Below, piece after piece: positions 50,603-64,000 of a stretch of DNA of 64,000 nt (positions within the stretch are counted from its first letter, which is position 1; each line of letters opens with the position of its first letter). Position numbers and translations under genes: made by a program. The notes under the pieces are model-generated. The model was not told the DNA's origin. It saw only the letters and a list, made by a program, of their open reading frames with translations, and searched no databases. Source of the stretch: Paraphysomonas bandaiensis (lineage: Eukaryota; Protista; Chrysophyceae); assembly GCA_965644295.1 (NCBI GenBank), contig CBFFRP010000065.1:1-64000 (forward strand), read 5' to 3'.

Positions 50603-52023
50603 GCAGTGCGAGTGTCTACATAAGGGTTAGATTATATTATTTGTTGTTTAGTTCAACGTTTGTTTTATCTCTATGTATCAAAGTGAATAAGTGGTGATGT
50701 GTGCACTGCTTATCAATCTGTATGCGTCTGAAGAAAGGCACTTTTAGTATAGAGTCTCTGATGGTTTATAATTGCGACTTGTATGTTATATCTGCGCATG
50801 AAAGTTTTTTTCAAATATATGAAAGTGTCTGAGATTTAACGTCCTGTTTTATAAGATATGATGAGAAATTTAGTTTAAAATGTAATAAATGTGTTAGTAT
50901 CAACCAAACTGTGTCAGTGTGTGCCGTATCGGAATATATATGTTTATAAAATTACGAGCTGACCATCACTGATTCGTAAAGAATGTCAACCATATATGGG
51001 TTTTCATTACGGTGTGGGATGTGGGTGATATGATATTACTGTTTCGTACTGGGGTCAAAGTGTTACTAACCCTCATGCTGTCACTTAATTAGGTTTCATA
51101 ATGATAAAGTGAATGTGCGCAGCGCACATACATCCAGTTCTTCTATGCTACCAGAAAATGCGTTTGTAGCTATGATCAGTGCTATGATCAGTAGCTATAC
51201 GGCTTTAGATGACATCTATTTAATTAAGCCATCCAATCAATTGCAATTAACTGGCAACATTTACCAATAGTAATAGTTGCATGAATCAATCATTTAAAAC
51301 AAATTAATTAATCGCCAATTCTTATTGAAAACCATTTAATTGTTATACAAGCCTCTGTATATGTCTATATCTGTAAATTGCATAGTCATCAACACAGTTG
51401 TATCACAATTCTAATACAATTTCATCTCTACTGCTGTGTGTAGACATCTTGCATCACATTCTCTAATACATACTGAATGTTATCATACCGAATATAAGTG
51501 CGTATTTCACATTCGTCCTGAGCTATGATAGCTGGTGGACATACGTGCTCCTATAAGAGTAGAAAAGGCGTGTTATAGAACTCTAGATATAAGTATCTAC
51601 AACTTCGAGGAGTTTATTTGGCAGCCTAGACTCTTCTTATGATAAATTCAAGTCAACTACGGAATCAAAGCCTCTGCTTCTGACGTGGATATCAACAAAA
51701 TATATAAAGGCAATTTTCAGTTAATAGCAGTTTATTAATTTATTGAATGCAAGCCGTATTGTTTCCATATTGCGATTACTTCTTGTTTCGAGTTGAAAAT
51801 ATGTTGCGATTGACTATCTCAAATATATAACTCGTGGTAACTCTGTATTGCTTTGTACTATACTACCGATGGTTTCATACCCTCGTGGGAGCAGTAAAAC
51901 GAAGGACTTCATATCTACTTATAAAAGAGGTAGAAGTTCCGTCTATAGCCTCCTTACCAATGCAAAATATACTATTTCTAGCTACATACACATAAAAAAA
52001 GAACTTTCATAGATCCAAACAAA

Positions 52024-55000
52024 CTACTCGTCGATCAATTCCGAATCTTCACTGCCACTTTCGTTGCCAGAATCTTCACTGTAGTCATAATCTAAATCAC
52101 TTTCTTCGCTATCTTCAAAATCCTCATCTCCAACGATCGGAGAGAAGACCTCTCCGTCGCTACCACCAACTTCTCGATTTTCACCATCATCCTCATCATC
52201 TCCACTATCCAGTACCATAACGGCATCTTCCAACCCACTTTCGTCATCTTCATCGCCCTCATCATCCTCTGCCCACTCCTCGTCCTCTGTCTGGGCGTCA
52301 TCCGCGTCATTGTCCTGATATGCCGGCTTCTTCCTACCCACTTCTAACACACGGCAACACGAATCGGCGATCTCGTAGGCATCTCGAACAGCTCCAGCGA
52401 ACCCAACTTCAACAGTCAGCAGGTATCCCAACCCACACGGGTCACTCTGAATTGGCCCCCAAAATAGGACTCCGTCAGATTCTACTTCTTGGGTATGAAT
52501 GTGGGAGAAATTTGTGGCATCAAATGCATGGAATACACTGTGGTTGACATCTGGCCCGTCGTCCGTCACCATGAGGTCAAGGGAGTACGGAGAATACCCG
52601 AACAATACAGAACCCCCATCAGTAGAGAAGTGCGTTTCGCAGTTTTCGAGCATCTTTATCGTTTCAAGCAAAGTAAACCTGCGCATATCCCAAACTACGT
52701 TGTCAATTAGCAAACAATTCCCATTGGGGTGAAAGACACCATGCCCAGCGTAGGACAATCTGTCAAATTGCGACACCACAGCACCAGTTCGGGTGTCCCA
52801 CAAGATACCATCTGCTAGGACAATATTTTCACCACCCATACCCAGTCCAAAGCACGCATTCGAATGCCTATATGGTGGCGCACCATACATATCTGACCGC
52901 ATATTAGAGTTGAATGAGAGGACTTCTCTCCCTGACTCAACATCAAAGAGAGTTGCATGAGGACGGGAAACATATTCCGGCTGTGCTGATGGCATTCCAC
53001 AAACTGTACGCATGGACGGACTAAATATTGGCTTGCAAATACCCTCCCAGGATACGAGAGGAGCATCACAGTCAACATAGTAATCCGTGACTCCTTGAGA
53101 GTGCACACTCGTTCTCCAAATATCCGTGCGATAATTGACGATGGGCGTGAAATCTACCACCTGTCCGCTGCCACTGCACGTCATTATCAGCTGTGAGTCA
53201 ACGGAGGGCGGGGCCACAACTGCATCTATACTGTGCTCGAACTCCCACATGCCAAGCTCCTGTGAAGTGTACATGTCGAAAAGGCGCAAACTGCCACCAC
53301 GATCCCCGTCGTCATCGTGCGGTGTCGAACCACCAACCCAAACCTTCCTGGAGTCTGCTGAAAACGCGGCCGCACTCACGTGATCATCCGGTGTCTCGCC
53401 AAATACTCGCCACTGTCTATACTCACTAAACACTCGGTGCTTTAGAATGCGTGTAACATCTACACGGTTGATATCTGCCTCACCATAAGAGCGTCCCCGG
53501 TGGCGCTTATCGCCGTACAGCATACGTTGAAACAGCACATCACATAAAGACACGGAAGAGGGTGGCGGGGCGGGACACTTATGTCGAGAGAACAGAGAAA
53601 AGTTGGGAACTATACTGACAGGGTGCTGACACTGTTGGTGCTGATGTCGAAGATACGAGGTTATGATGCCACATAAAGAGACACCACCGGCGTGGCCCCC
53701 ATCCACCGTTGGCCCAATAGACCGTCGATCCCGACTCTCAGAAAAGTCCCTCTTCCTAATAGCGCGAGAGTTGTCAAAAACTCTGTTGTATGACCAGCTG
53801 GACCCACTTCCTGCCCTGGTGCGTGATCTCTGCTGTACAGGAGAGCCAAACGACATACGCTTCTTTATGCCAACACCATCACTATGGAGTTCACTGGGGC
53901 AGGGGCTACGTGAGAAGTACGATGGAGCCCGCAGAATTTCTCGGAAAGTATATGCTCGTGAGTGATTAGAGCTTCCTATTGAAGGGGTACGGGGGCGGAT
54001 ACGCGGAGAAGTCAGTTTTCTGGCCACAGGACGCTTGAGAGACTGTCCACTTTCTGACTCTGCAACCGCAGATATCTTTTGGAGCTTCAAAGGGACCCCA
54101 GTGGCGTCCGTGTGTCCACCAGTAATACCCGTTTGATCAGACCCTGGTGTAGGCGACGAGGTTGCATGTGTAACCTCATATACGGCCCCAACAGGTGAGG
54201 GTTCATCTCTTCCCCGCTTTGGTCTACCTGCGATCGGATGAACTGACGACACTGAGCGTGCCCCAGTTCCAGTATTGCAGTCTGTCACCCCATGTCTGGC
54301 TTCCAGCCCAGGGTCACCAGTAAGCCCAGCTTCCCGTTTCAGCACCGCAGCTGATTCGTAAAGCCCTTCTTCATCAAGAAACTGCTCCACTAAGTCCAAT
54401 AGCTCTCGACGACTAAATTTTATCTGCGATAGTGTTAGTTTATCAGAAGTGCGCATGTCCGAGTCGTTCTGACCTGAGTCTTGGAGGCTATCATAGCGTT
54501 CTCAATCTGGGTGTCACTGCCCCTATCTGCAACACTGTCGCTTTGTTTCATAAGGATGATAAGTGCTTCCGATGCCGTTAGGTTAGATCGCGTGCTCGAC
54601 CAGGATGCAGGAGTATGCTTGCTGGCCTCCGCAAGAAGCGAAATAAGTTTCGGCGTACATAATCGAGTTGATGCGAAGACGCGCTTCAGACACTTGGCAC
54701 CAGGCGAGTTCCATGCCTCATGGATACTAATCACAGGTGGACACAGAGAAGATAACTGTCGAACAAGACTCAGACGAGTGAGGAGAGCCCTGATATGCAT
54801 ATCCTGTGCCAGTCCCAGCAGAATCTAGAACCAAACATTCTCACAACCACAATCACAGCGTTTTGTATAAGTATACCTGGATTAGAGCAAGCCTTATGTT
54901 ATATACGTATTGTGTAATTGTACTAACGTCTAGGGCAGCGGCGAGAATATGAATACCGTTACACTTCCTAGTTACTGCGCGGGCGATACGCTGGGCCCTT

Positions 55001-57929
55001 TCTATAAGCTGTGCCGTAGATGCGCGGTAAACAGATGCCGTTGACGATGGTGACGGACAGCGTCCCTCAATTTGCCCACCCTCGATTGTTGCAGTTACTT
55101 GGGTAGTGCTGGCGATATCTGGAGAGCGGTAAAATCTCACTCGTCCAGCAGGGGTGAATCCTGTTTCTCCTCCTGTCCTAGCACATATGTCGTCGACATG
55201 AGTAGTCCTATTACCAGTTACATCTCCGGCAGAAGTGGTATGTGTGCGACCTAGTCTGGCTGGAGTTTGTGTCGAGGGGAGCGGATAAGAGGTCCTAGAA
55301 ATACGTTCTACATCCTCTGGGGACAGGTACGGAGGAAGGAGAAGGTATTCAGGAGGGGTTACCAAGGCTCTTAGAGCGTGTAAAGCATGCGCAATTACAA
55401 GCGGATCCCTTCATAAAAAAACAGAGTAATCACAGATATTCAATTTTAAACCCTTATTCACTGACCTTTTCGGAAGACGGCACGAGACATCCAATAATAT
55501 ACCGATACCATTTATAGACTCATAGGCCGAGGTGCCCTGAGGGTCATCTTGTGATGTAGCCGCTGGTCTACTGTCGACATGATCGTAGGATACAACGCCT
55601 CCATTTACATCTTCCGACCACGATGTGGGGTTGCTCACAACTAATCCAGTGTCCGTCTCCACTTGGGTAGTGACAGACATTTGCTCCAAGACAGTTGGGT
55701 TAAGAGAGAGCAGCTCTAGAGTGTGCAGTAGTAGGATCATACAATCGGAACTGCCATGAGGGAGGGTGGACTCTACTCGTAGAATATAAAGTATCAGGAA
55801 TAGGTGGCCCTCCCGCAGGACCTGCCGTAGAAGATCTGCCACCGCACTCGTCCGCCCACGTCGTCTCCCACCACCTTTATCAGGTGCATTGGGTCGATTC
55901 AACCGCACAGGTGTACACCACAACAGGTTCATAGGTCGCTGGGTGGACAAAAACGAGGGGGTACCGAAATCCCCTACCTCACCATGAGTGCTGCGTACAT
56001 CAGATACACCCACGAGATCCTCCCCCGCCTCAACCACCCCACCAGTAAGATCGTTGTACTCGATCATGTACGATCGCATGGCATGAAGTAGAGCCTCAGC
56101 CGAACCTACACAGGTACCTTCGTCATCAAAAGTTATAGCAGTATACTGCGAGGGATGCATGGCTGGAGTTACCCCAGGATCACCATGCGCAATGTCTGAA
56201 ACAGAAATAGCCACAGGGAAAGTAGGACCGGCTGCAACTCCACCCCCACACATGACCGAAACGCTCTCTGGTGAGCACTGTTCAAGGTCCATGAAGGCAC
56301 ACACTCGACTATACACTAACAGACATCTAAGGAGGTCGTCTCGCAGTTCCATGATTCGATCGCCACCAACAGATTTCAAAAAGCCAATATCAATATTCGT
56401 CTTGTTGCCACTGATAGAACATGTGGAGGGAGGGGGATGGGTAGAGGGTAGATTGCCATTTAGGTTCGAGGAAGTAGGAACCGTCCTTCCACTCTGTTCA
56501 CCGTCAGAGTCAGCCACATCAGACTGATCGTCACTGGGCACGTAGAATACGCACTGACGCAAAAGATGGAACAGCAGCCGCGGTCCATCACCCTCACAAA
56601 ACAAAGACACTGAGGGGCGGTAAGAAAGTGCCTCTACCAGAAAACAAACTGCATTCTCTCGAGCCCTAAAGCCTACCCCCGAACGAAGCAGCGACAGAGC
56701 GAGTGATATACAGAGACTTAGCTCTTGCCGTCTTCGCCTGATGACCTTTTCCATTGCCTGAGAGTGGGAGGCCAGGGTAAAGAGGCACCCCGAAATTGCT
56801 CCGTCTACAAGAGATGAGCACGGACAGCAGCTCAGGTGCTGTAACAGATCCAGACCCTGCTGCTCGATAACTTCAAGAGCCAACTTCCGATGAGCCATAG
56901 CCTTCTCGAGTAGGTGCGTGCCGCTCATCACCAAACATGGGGATATACATGTTGCTGCATATTCACCTGGAGCAGCGGGGGTGCATCCGATTCGCACCAA
57001 CTCCATCGCTTTGCTCGTGATACTATGGGAGAGCAGAAAAGCGAGAATATCCAACACATCCGCCACACAAGCCAGTAGCGAGAGAGTCGATTGAGCAACC
57101 CAGTCCCACTCCCCCGCCCCCCATTCGCCTATGGGACCCTCTCGAACACCTGTGTATGGTTCCGAGTCAGATGGACGAGGCAGCTCTTTAGGGTGTACTC
57201 GGTGTGTCAGATTGGTAGAATTATCTACTATATAGCGATAGGCTGCGCTCAGGTTATCAACAAGCCTGCTCAGTACTGCCTGGTCCCCAACAATAGTATC
57301 CAAAAATGATCTATCCCTTTCTGCAACGAGAAATGCAAGAGAGGATGCATAGGTACTCAGCGCGACGTTATCACTGCGCAGCATTTCCAAAAGTCTATCA
57401 GTATCATCGCGGATTTCGGCAGCCACAGGGGTCGAGAGTACACATGATGTGATAAACCGAATAGCGGCCATCTGATACAGCTCATTTCGAGATTTGTATA
57501 ATTGGGTTGCAATATCACAAAAACGGAAAAGATAATCGCCTAGTATGAATGAGTACCTCTCAGCCAAATTCCCATAATTTTGAGAAATTTCCAGTGACGA
57601 TCCAGGGGTTTGAAAGAAGATATCTCGTGCTTCCTCGCAAAGCTCTGACAAATAATTCAAGCTACGACATTGCTCATCTTTATCATCTGCCTGTGCCTCT
57701 TGAAGGTGATCACACCCTATGAGTACGATCACATCATATCAGAAGATAATCATACATATATATACATATATATATACATATCTATGAGAACTATCAACTC
57801 ACACATATCACACCTCACAAGTCACATATAGTATATAAACATCTAAAACTACTCATATCTTATCTTACATTCCGCAAACACAGCAACCCTGTGATAAGTG
57901 AACTCAAGATCAGGTACAGACGAGTCCAT
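52024..57929 (-). CDS. DCAF1: DDB1- and CUL4-associated factor 1 (DCAF1/VprBP) homolog
   Basis: ARM-like N-terminus; LisH ELLDLVEQFLDEEGLYESAAVLKREAGL; SLCGIITSYLRHQHQQCQHPV..FSL..HKCP; WD40 DGILWD, FHPNG..WDMRRFTLL; acidic tail; first exon tentative. Confidence 0.9.
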
Positions 57930-58646
57930 AACGCTTATCTATCAGTATATACGCTGGAGAGCTAATGGGACCATATAGATACTGTCAGAGACCACTGCTG
58001 TGTCACTCAAGGTGATTGTCACACAGGTTATATACAGTGAACTCAGATATGGTAGGAGGTTGAAAGAAATGGACAATGGGATGTATGCTTCTATATATGG
58101 AGAGAGATGACAGACTGCTGTGTATAATCTGGAATCAATCCCGCCCAATAAAATCCCGCCATACATACAAGTATGTGACTTTTCCTCACTTCTATACCAT
58201 CCACTTCAGAAAATCCCTAATATTCTACTATAATAAATAAATACTTCAATATATTCTATAGTTTTGAGTTCTTGTTGTCTAAAAATTCCTCTTTTCCGAG
58301 AGAGAACAGTAATACCACTACGATACAGCTGTAGTACTGCAACACAGCAACTCACCACCAGTCTTTTTTTGGCCATATTCTGATATATGTGTGTATAGAG
58401 ATGAGATCTATAGGCTATAGGAGATGACGTATGATAGGTGTATACCGGTATACTATGAGCGAGGGAGCGTGTCTATACGTAATCGTAGTATGTACAGCAG
58501 TTTATAGGTAGACGGTGTGGTGCAGCCAATAGTATAGCGAGGTCCTGTACCGGCCTGTGAAGGTGTTCTTAAACCCTCATCTCTCACAGTATATTATTAT
58601 ATTATCGAGCATATAAATCCAGTACAAATAATAAGCAAGTAACGTG

Positions 58647-60433
58647 ATGTCTAAATCCTCAGATAACAAATCTATTCCTGGACTAGGATGGGCCACCCCT
58701 AAGGCAAAGTTTCAGCATGGGCCCAAGACCCTAGCCATTCCTATGTCTCTCCACAGAGCAGCTAGAAAGAAAGTTGCAGCTCTTCTAGAGAGCCGTGGTG
58801 TAACGAATGGGATTGCACTCATTCAAGGAGGATCACAGGAGCTCCAGTATGATACCGATATAGAGCTTGTGTTCCGTCAGGACTCATGGTTCAATTATTT
58901 GTTTGGAGTGAAGGAAGCAGAGTTTTATGGTGCTATTTCGCTGCCTTCTGGACGATGCACACTATTCATGCCTCGACTTCCATCAGACTACTTAATCTGG
59001 TGTGGAGAAATTCATCCTCCGGAGCACTTTAAATCGATGTATGATGTTGACGAAGGTAAGATTCATTGAGGACAACAGCATGTTGAATTACTGTAAATTT
59101 ATGTAGTACGTTACTCCGATACACTGGTTGACTTCCTCGAGTCTTCGTTTGCTTCAGAGCCCTCTGACGCCAAGCTTCATGTGATGGAAGGTCGCAACTC
59201 TGATTCCGGTCTGTCATGCAAGCCGGCCTCCTTCCCTGGTGATGAAGCTTTCAAGGATCGTATGGACACGAGTGCCCTCTTTCACGCCGTGGCCACTGCG
59301 CGCGTCACCAAAAGCCCGGATGAAATTGAGGCTATGCGTTATGCCGCTTTCGTTGCGAGCAATGCCCACGTTGAGGTAATGCGGACGACTGGGGCCGGCA
59401 TGATGGAGTACGAGCTTGAGGCGAAGTTCATGTACGAGATATACAAAAACGGTGGCTGCCGGAAAGCTGCGTACACGTGCATATGTGCATGCGGCCCCAG
59501 CGGAGCTGTCTTGCATTATGGACATGCTGGTGCACCAAATTCATACCAGCTACAGCAACAAGACATGGCGTTGCTCGATATGGGTGCTGACTACCACGGC
59601 TATGTGTCAGACATCACATGCTCGGTACGATATACGTATTTCATATAATTTCCCATCCAGTCAACTGTATATTGATCGTGCTCTTTATGCTGCAGTTCCC
59701 TATATCCGGAACCTTCTCTGAGAAGCAGCGGGCCATATTCACGGCCGTGTTGAACGCGCAGAGGGGGGTAATGGCTCTAGCCCGACCAGGAGTCACTTGG
59801 GTGGAATGTCACAAAGAGGCCGAGCGCAATATTCTCCAGGGTCTTGTGGGAGTTGGAGTGTTGTCAGGAGATATCGAGGAAATGGTGGATGCTGGTATGG
59901 GTGCTGTGTTTATGCCTCATGGGTTGGGTCATCTCATTGGATGCGACACTCACGATGTTGGCGGGTATGTGTTTCTGTTTGGTATCAAGCGTACTTACAT
60001 GTGATCTTATCTGATAACGGTGCACAGGTACCTCGATGGTACCCCAGATAGGGAGCAGCGCCCTGGTCTGAAGAATCTCCGCACGGCCCGTGTATTGGAG
60101 CCCAACATGGTTCTAACTAACGAGCCTGGTTGTTACTTTATCAACTACCTACTGGACACTGCCCTTGCAAATCCCACCCAATCTCGATACATGAATGCCG
60201 AAGTTATTGACACTTTCCGTGGCTTTGGAGGTGTTCGTCTGGAGGATGTATTCATGATCACCGAAACTGGGGTGGAGAACTTGACCACCTGCCCACGTAC
60301 TGTGGAAGAGGTGGAGGCTGTCATGGGAGGCGGATGCTGGCCACCGGAGAAGGATGCTGCGCCTGAGCTGAAGAGAAACTGGACCAGACTTTCAGCAGAT
60401 GGACAAAGCATGGAGAGGTTCAAGATTGAGTAG
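58647..60433 (+). CDS. PEPD: Xaa-Pro dipeptidase (prolidase), 4 exons
   Basis: FRQDSWFNYLFG, VLHYGHAGAPN, DMGADYHGYVSDITCSFP, PHGLGHLIGCDTHDVGG, NEPGCYF, GGVRLED. Confidence 0.97.
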
Positions 60434-61435
60434 ACACGTCAAGAGTCATATGCAGTGCTGTATCGCTAGGTAGTAGCAATTATTGATCTGCAAGTGTACA
60501 ATGTATTGCATTGCAAACTAGCTATTTTCTTCGACTGAATGCTTTTTGAAAGTTTTTCGCCACTGAATCGAACTGGCAACAACTTGTGCATCTACTTGCT
60601 TCTACGAAATAATATATTGCCCTTGCTCGATAGATGTCTAGTTTTATTTTTACTCTTCTGTAAGCTCCCCTGATGTATACGTTCTCGATATGTAAGGCTT
60701 TCCCAATGGCACATACAATTATGAAGTCACCATTGACTATTAATCATAACGATGTATTGCCACCTGAAAGTCGAGTATATATTTTATATTGCTGCTATCA
60801 TAACGTTTTTAAATGATGGTATTGGTATAGAGTTGTGAGAGCTGAGAGCCGTGTATATTGTATATATCACCAGATGTCTAGTTATATCAATAAGTTTTCA
60901 TGAGTACGTGAATGTTACTGCGTCTTGGAATATATCATGGCTGTATCACACTAGCATTTTCCTTCTATACAATTGAAATCCATCACTAAAATTAGATATA
61001 CTGTTCTACAAGTAGCTCATGGCGCCGCCAGGAAAAGACCGATGATGACTACTTCCTCACTAAATATCTATCAGGGCCTGGAACTATGTGTTGCAATATT
61101 ATTAGTCTGAGTCGTGTACAATGCAACATATTGTTTCCTAGTTCTACCTTCTCGTGCCAACATTTATAAGAGTAAAAAAACACTTTGCATAATGAGCTCT
61201 CAGGCGAATCGGCGGGCATCTGATATCTGATTCAATCAAGACTGCTTACATGCACACACACCTCGAAGTACGATACCCTTCTAGATTTTATCTATCTTGT
61301 TTACCTAACAAGCTGAATCATTTGAGCAATTGCATGTTATTCCACTAAACTATTTTATATTAGAAGCCTGTTGTGTAAAGTTAAAGTACTATAGGTTCTA
61401 GAATACCAACACAACAGACTAGCTACCAACTAAGT

Positions 61436-61831
61436 TTACTCAATCTTCGCAAGAATTTCATCGTTTCTGAACAGGTACAGTTCGTCGCCTTCAGATTTCA
61501 GATGGACCCCTCCATACTCAGGGAGAAGCACCTTGTCGCCGACGGAAACAGATGGGGTGATCATATCTCCGTTCTGAGCTCTGTATCCTGGCCCAACAGA
61601 CAAAACCTCACCTTCACTGGACTTAGAAATCTTAGACTCAGGGAGAATAATTCCGCCAGCGGTCTATAAGTGTCGTGATATGTGTATTGGTCTTAACAAG
61701 AGATACTGACCTTAGTCTGGGGGAGGATGCGCCTTACGAGAACGCGGTCGGCTAGGGGAAGGAGTTTGCGGGCAAGAGACTATCAATATGAGTTACATTG
61801 ACATCAGATACAAGTATATGAAACATACCAT
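61436..61831 (-). CDS. HSPE1: 10 kDa chaperonin (Cpn10/Hsp10, GroES family), 99 aa, 3 exons; absent from the ORF track
   Basis: Exons 61829-61831 (ATG), 61711-61779 and 61436-61663 give MSLARKLLPLADRVLVRRILPQTKTAGGIILPESKISKSSEGEVLSVGPGYRAQNGDMITPSVSVGDKVLLPEYGGVHLKSEGDELYLFRNDEILAKIE. Confidence 0.96.
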
Positions 61832-64000
61832 TGTATTATATGACGAGCTGTTGACTACCTTTGAGTTCGTTAATTGTGACCTGTGTGGCCACACAAGAAG
61901 AGAGATGCAAGTGTAGCACCATATACATACATACGTATATGTACCATATGCTACTGGACATTCCACTTCTGGAAATCTTATGAACTGCTGCTCGTGAGTG
62001 ATATCGTAGTGTTGGTGTTGTACGTAGGATTTTGCTGCTGCTCCTGTCCTGTCGCACTGGACTTGTGCTTGTGTATGGTATATGGCACTGTACTCTATAT
62101 ACAGTAAAACTATCAAGAGGATTGAGTTGGTTATTAAGCACTGCGTGTCTATCCTGTCAGGGAGTATTGTCAAAACACATAGCAGAACAGGATCGATTCA
62201 GTGAAACAGACTCCGTAATCATCACTCTCCATATTCTGTACCATCACCAATGAGTCTTTCAAATGAAAGCATCATTAAACCAAGCCGGCCACACTCTTTC
62301 AAAGTTGCTATTCCAGTAACACCCCAGTGGAAAATTGATGCCATTGCCAGGTTAGTTATCATATCTATTAACCAGCACCGAGATAACGATATATTTAGAT
62401 ATAAAGCCAAGCAAAATTTGAAAAAACGAGGGCATGGAGCTATAGTGGGTAGGCCGTGCAATGAGTTATTTCCTAAGGCAGACAAAAAATTGAAAATTGA
62501 TGCTGTGAACCAAGGATGTGTTGTAAGTAGCCCCCTTCTATATGAACTAAAACGTATTCTCAACTTAATTTCACAGGATATTACAGTCGAGATTAAGAAT
62601 CTGAATAATGCCCGGTGTTTACTGATCTGGCTATTGAAGAAGTCGACCTTGTATGAAACAAATCTAAACCATGCTTAATGTCGAAATCTATCAATTCGTG
62701 TTTTGCCACCACTTTGTAAATTATTTTCGCACCATTCATAATTTATTTCACTCTGAATTGTCTGATTTATATGCGTTGTTGACGTCGTTGTTGCGTGCTC
62801 TACATGAAGTGCAAATGAGTCCGTTAGCTACTAATATATTTATTTTAATGGCCACTGCCTATTATGATCTAATACTTACGCACGCTATACTACCACCTAA
62901 TGACTTCTAAGTATAAATGTAGTATAAGTTTTAATAGTACACTAAATATTAAATATCACAGATAGGAAACGGGTGAAACATCAACTTGTTAGCTTTACAT
63001 GAACGGAATATTAAAATAAAGGTTTCAACAAATTACCAACAAGAATATAATGTACAACGTATGAAGTATGTCCTGTATAGGTACATGTCGGAATGGTATA
63101 GTTGCAATATAAGTAATGTTCAAAGTTCAAAGTACTTTTAATATCTTACACATCATATCGTTTGCGACGAAGAATATTAAATACTGATACACTGAATCAG
63201 ATAGAAGCACGACATTCAAACTCCGTTTATTCTTTGTAGGCTGATTGTTCTGATATTCATATTAGCAAACGTGAAGTAGTATACATTTACAGCCAAGGCA
63301 TAGTGCGATTTCTGAGAAGTGTTTACTGTAATAGAATATACATAAGCATGCGACGTAAAAAAAGCTGGAGGTTTATAATATATAGTAACCAGAATAATAT
63401 CAATACACTCAATACCTCAAATATGTCTTGCTTTTATGAATCCCATCCGTGGCCTCAAACAGAGGCAGGGATATTTATGACATTGGCTTTAATACAGTAA
63501 CATGTAGCGTTCTATTTCTCCACACTATGCCCGCAAAACCATCTCAGTGCGACTGAAAAGAGTGATACTTACAACCGTCTTATCTAACCAGGTCCAATGT
63601 ACAATTGATTCCAACAGTACTGCTCTCAAATGCAGTTGCTTCGGGTACTGTCATTCATAAGATACTCCATACAATATCATTCGAAACAAAGATGAGTGTT
63701 TCTTGTGGGCTCATAGATCTCTTCTATGTCTTTGAAATGATTCATGTGGTAGATAACTAGATTTAGTAATGTATCATCTGCATATGATGGAGAGGGCAGT
63801 GAAGGATATGAGTGTGTACACACAGATCTGCATCATCTCACAGTACAGAGTACTCTACGAGTACAGAAGTGTGTAATAGTACAGATATACAATTCAGCAG
63901 TACATGAGTACATGAGTACAGGAGTACATGAGTACATTCCAGCGATGTCATAACATACATACATACATATCAACCATCACAATGCCTATCCCTCAATCCC

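Noticed and set aside
62250-62678. 142-aa ORF as a head-to-head Hsp60 partner or a transposase
   Set aside because: No GroEL or transposase motifs; unsupported as a gene
1-64000. CRISPR arrays, rRNA or snRNA genes
   Set aside because: No repeat-spacer structure or recognisable signatures seen

Overview
Gene-dense eukaryotic nuclear DNA using the standard code and many short (~43-60 nt) GT-AG introns; a flagellated protist, probably a stramenopile (inferred from the gene set and intron style). About 21 host protein genes: EFHC/RIB72, mitochondrial uL3, GFA/CENP-V, a hybrid histidine kinase, ankyrin protein, flavin amine oxidase, VOC/glyoxalase-like protein, SUKH-like protein, FkbM methyltransferase, alpha/beta hydrolase, kinesin, DSD1-type PLP enzyme, DCAF1, prolidase, a spliced Cpn10 gene missed by the ORF track, and hypotheticals. 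There are also three identical tRNA-Thr(AGU) genes and a 473-bp (CATA)n array. The standout is an intact, very young Ty1/Copia retrotransposon (4670-10419) with identical 262-bp LTRs, a CACAT target-site duplication and non-canonical TA...TT termini instead of TG...CA. Its integrase catalytic loop is altered, it has an extra post-integrase domain, and a collapsed relic of the same family lies at 21002-21203. The window also holds an unclassified dispersed repeat (5 copies) and two gene-fragment duplications. Exon boundaries were read by eye and start codons are best guesses.
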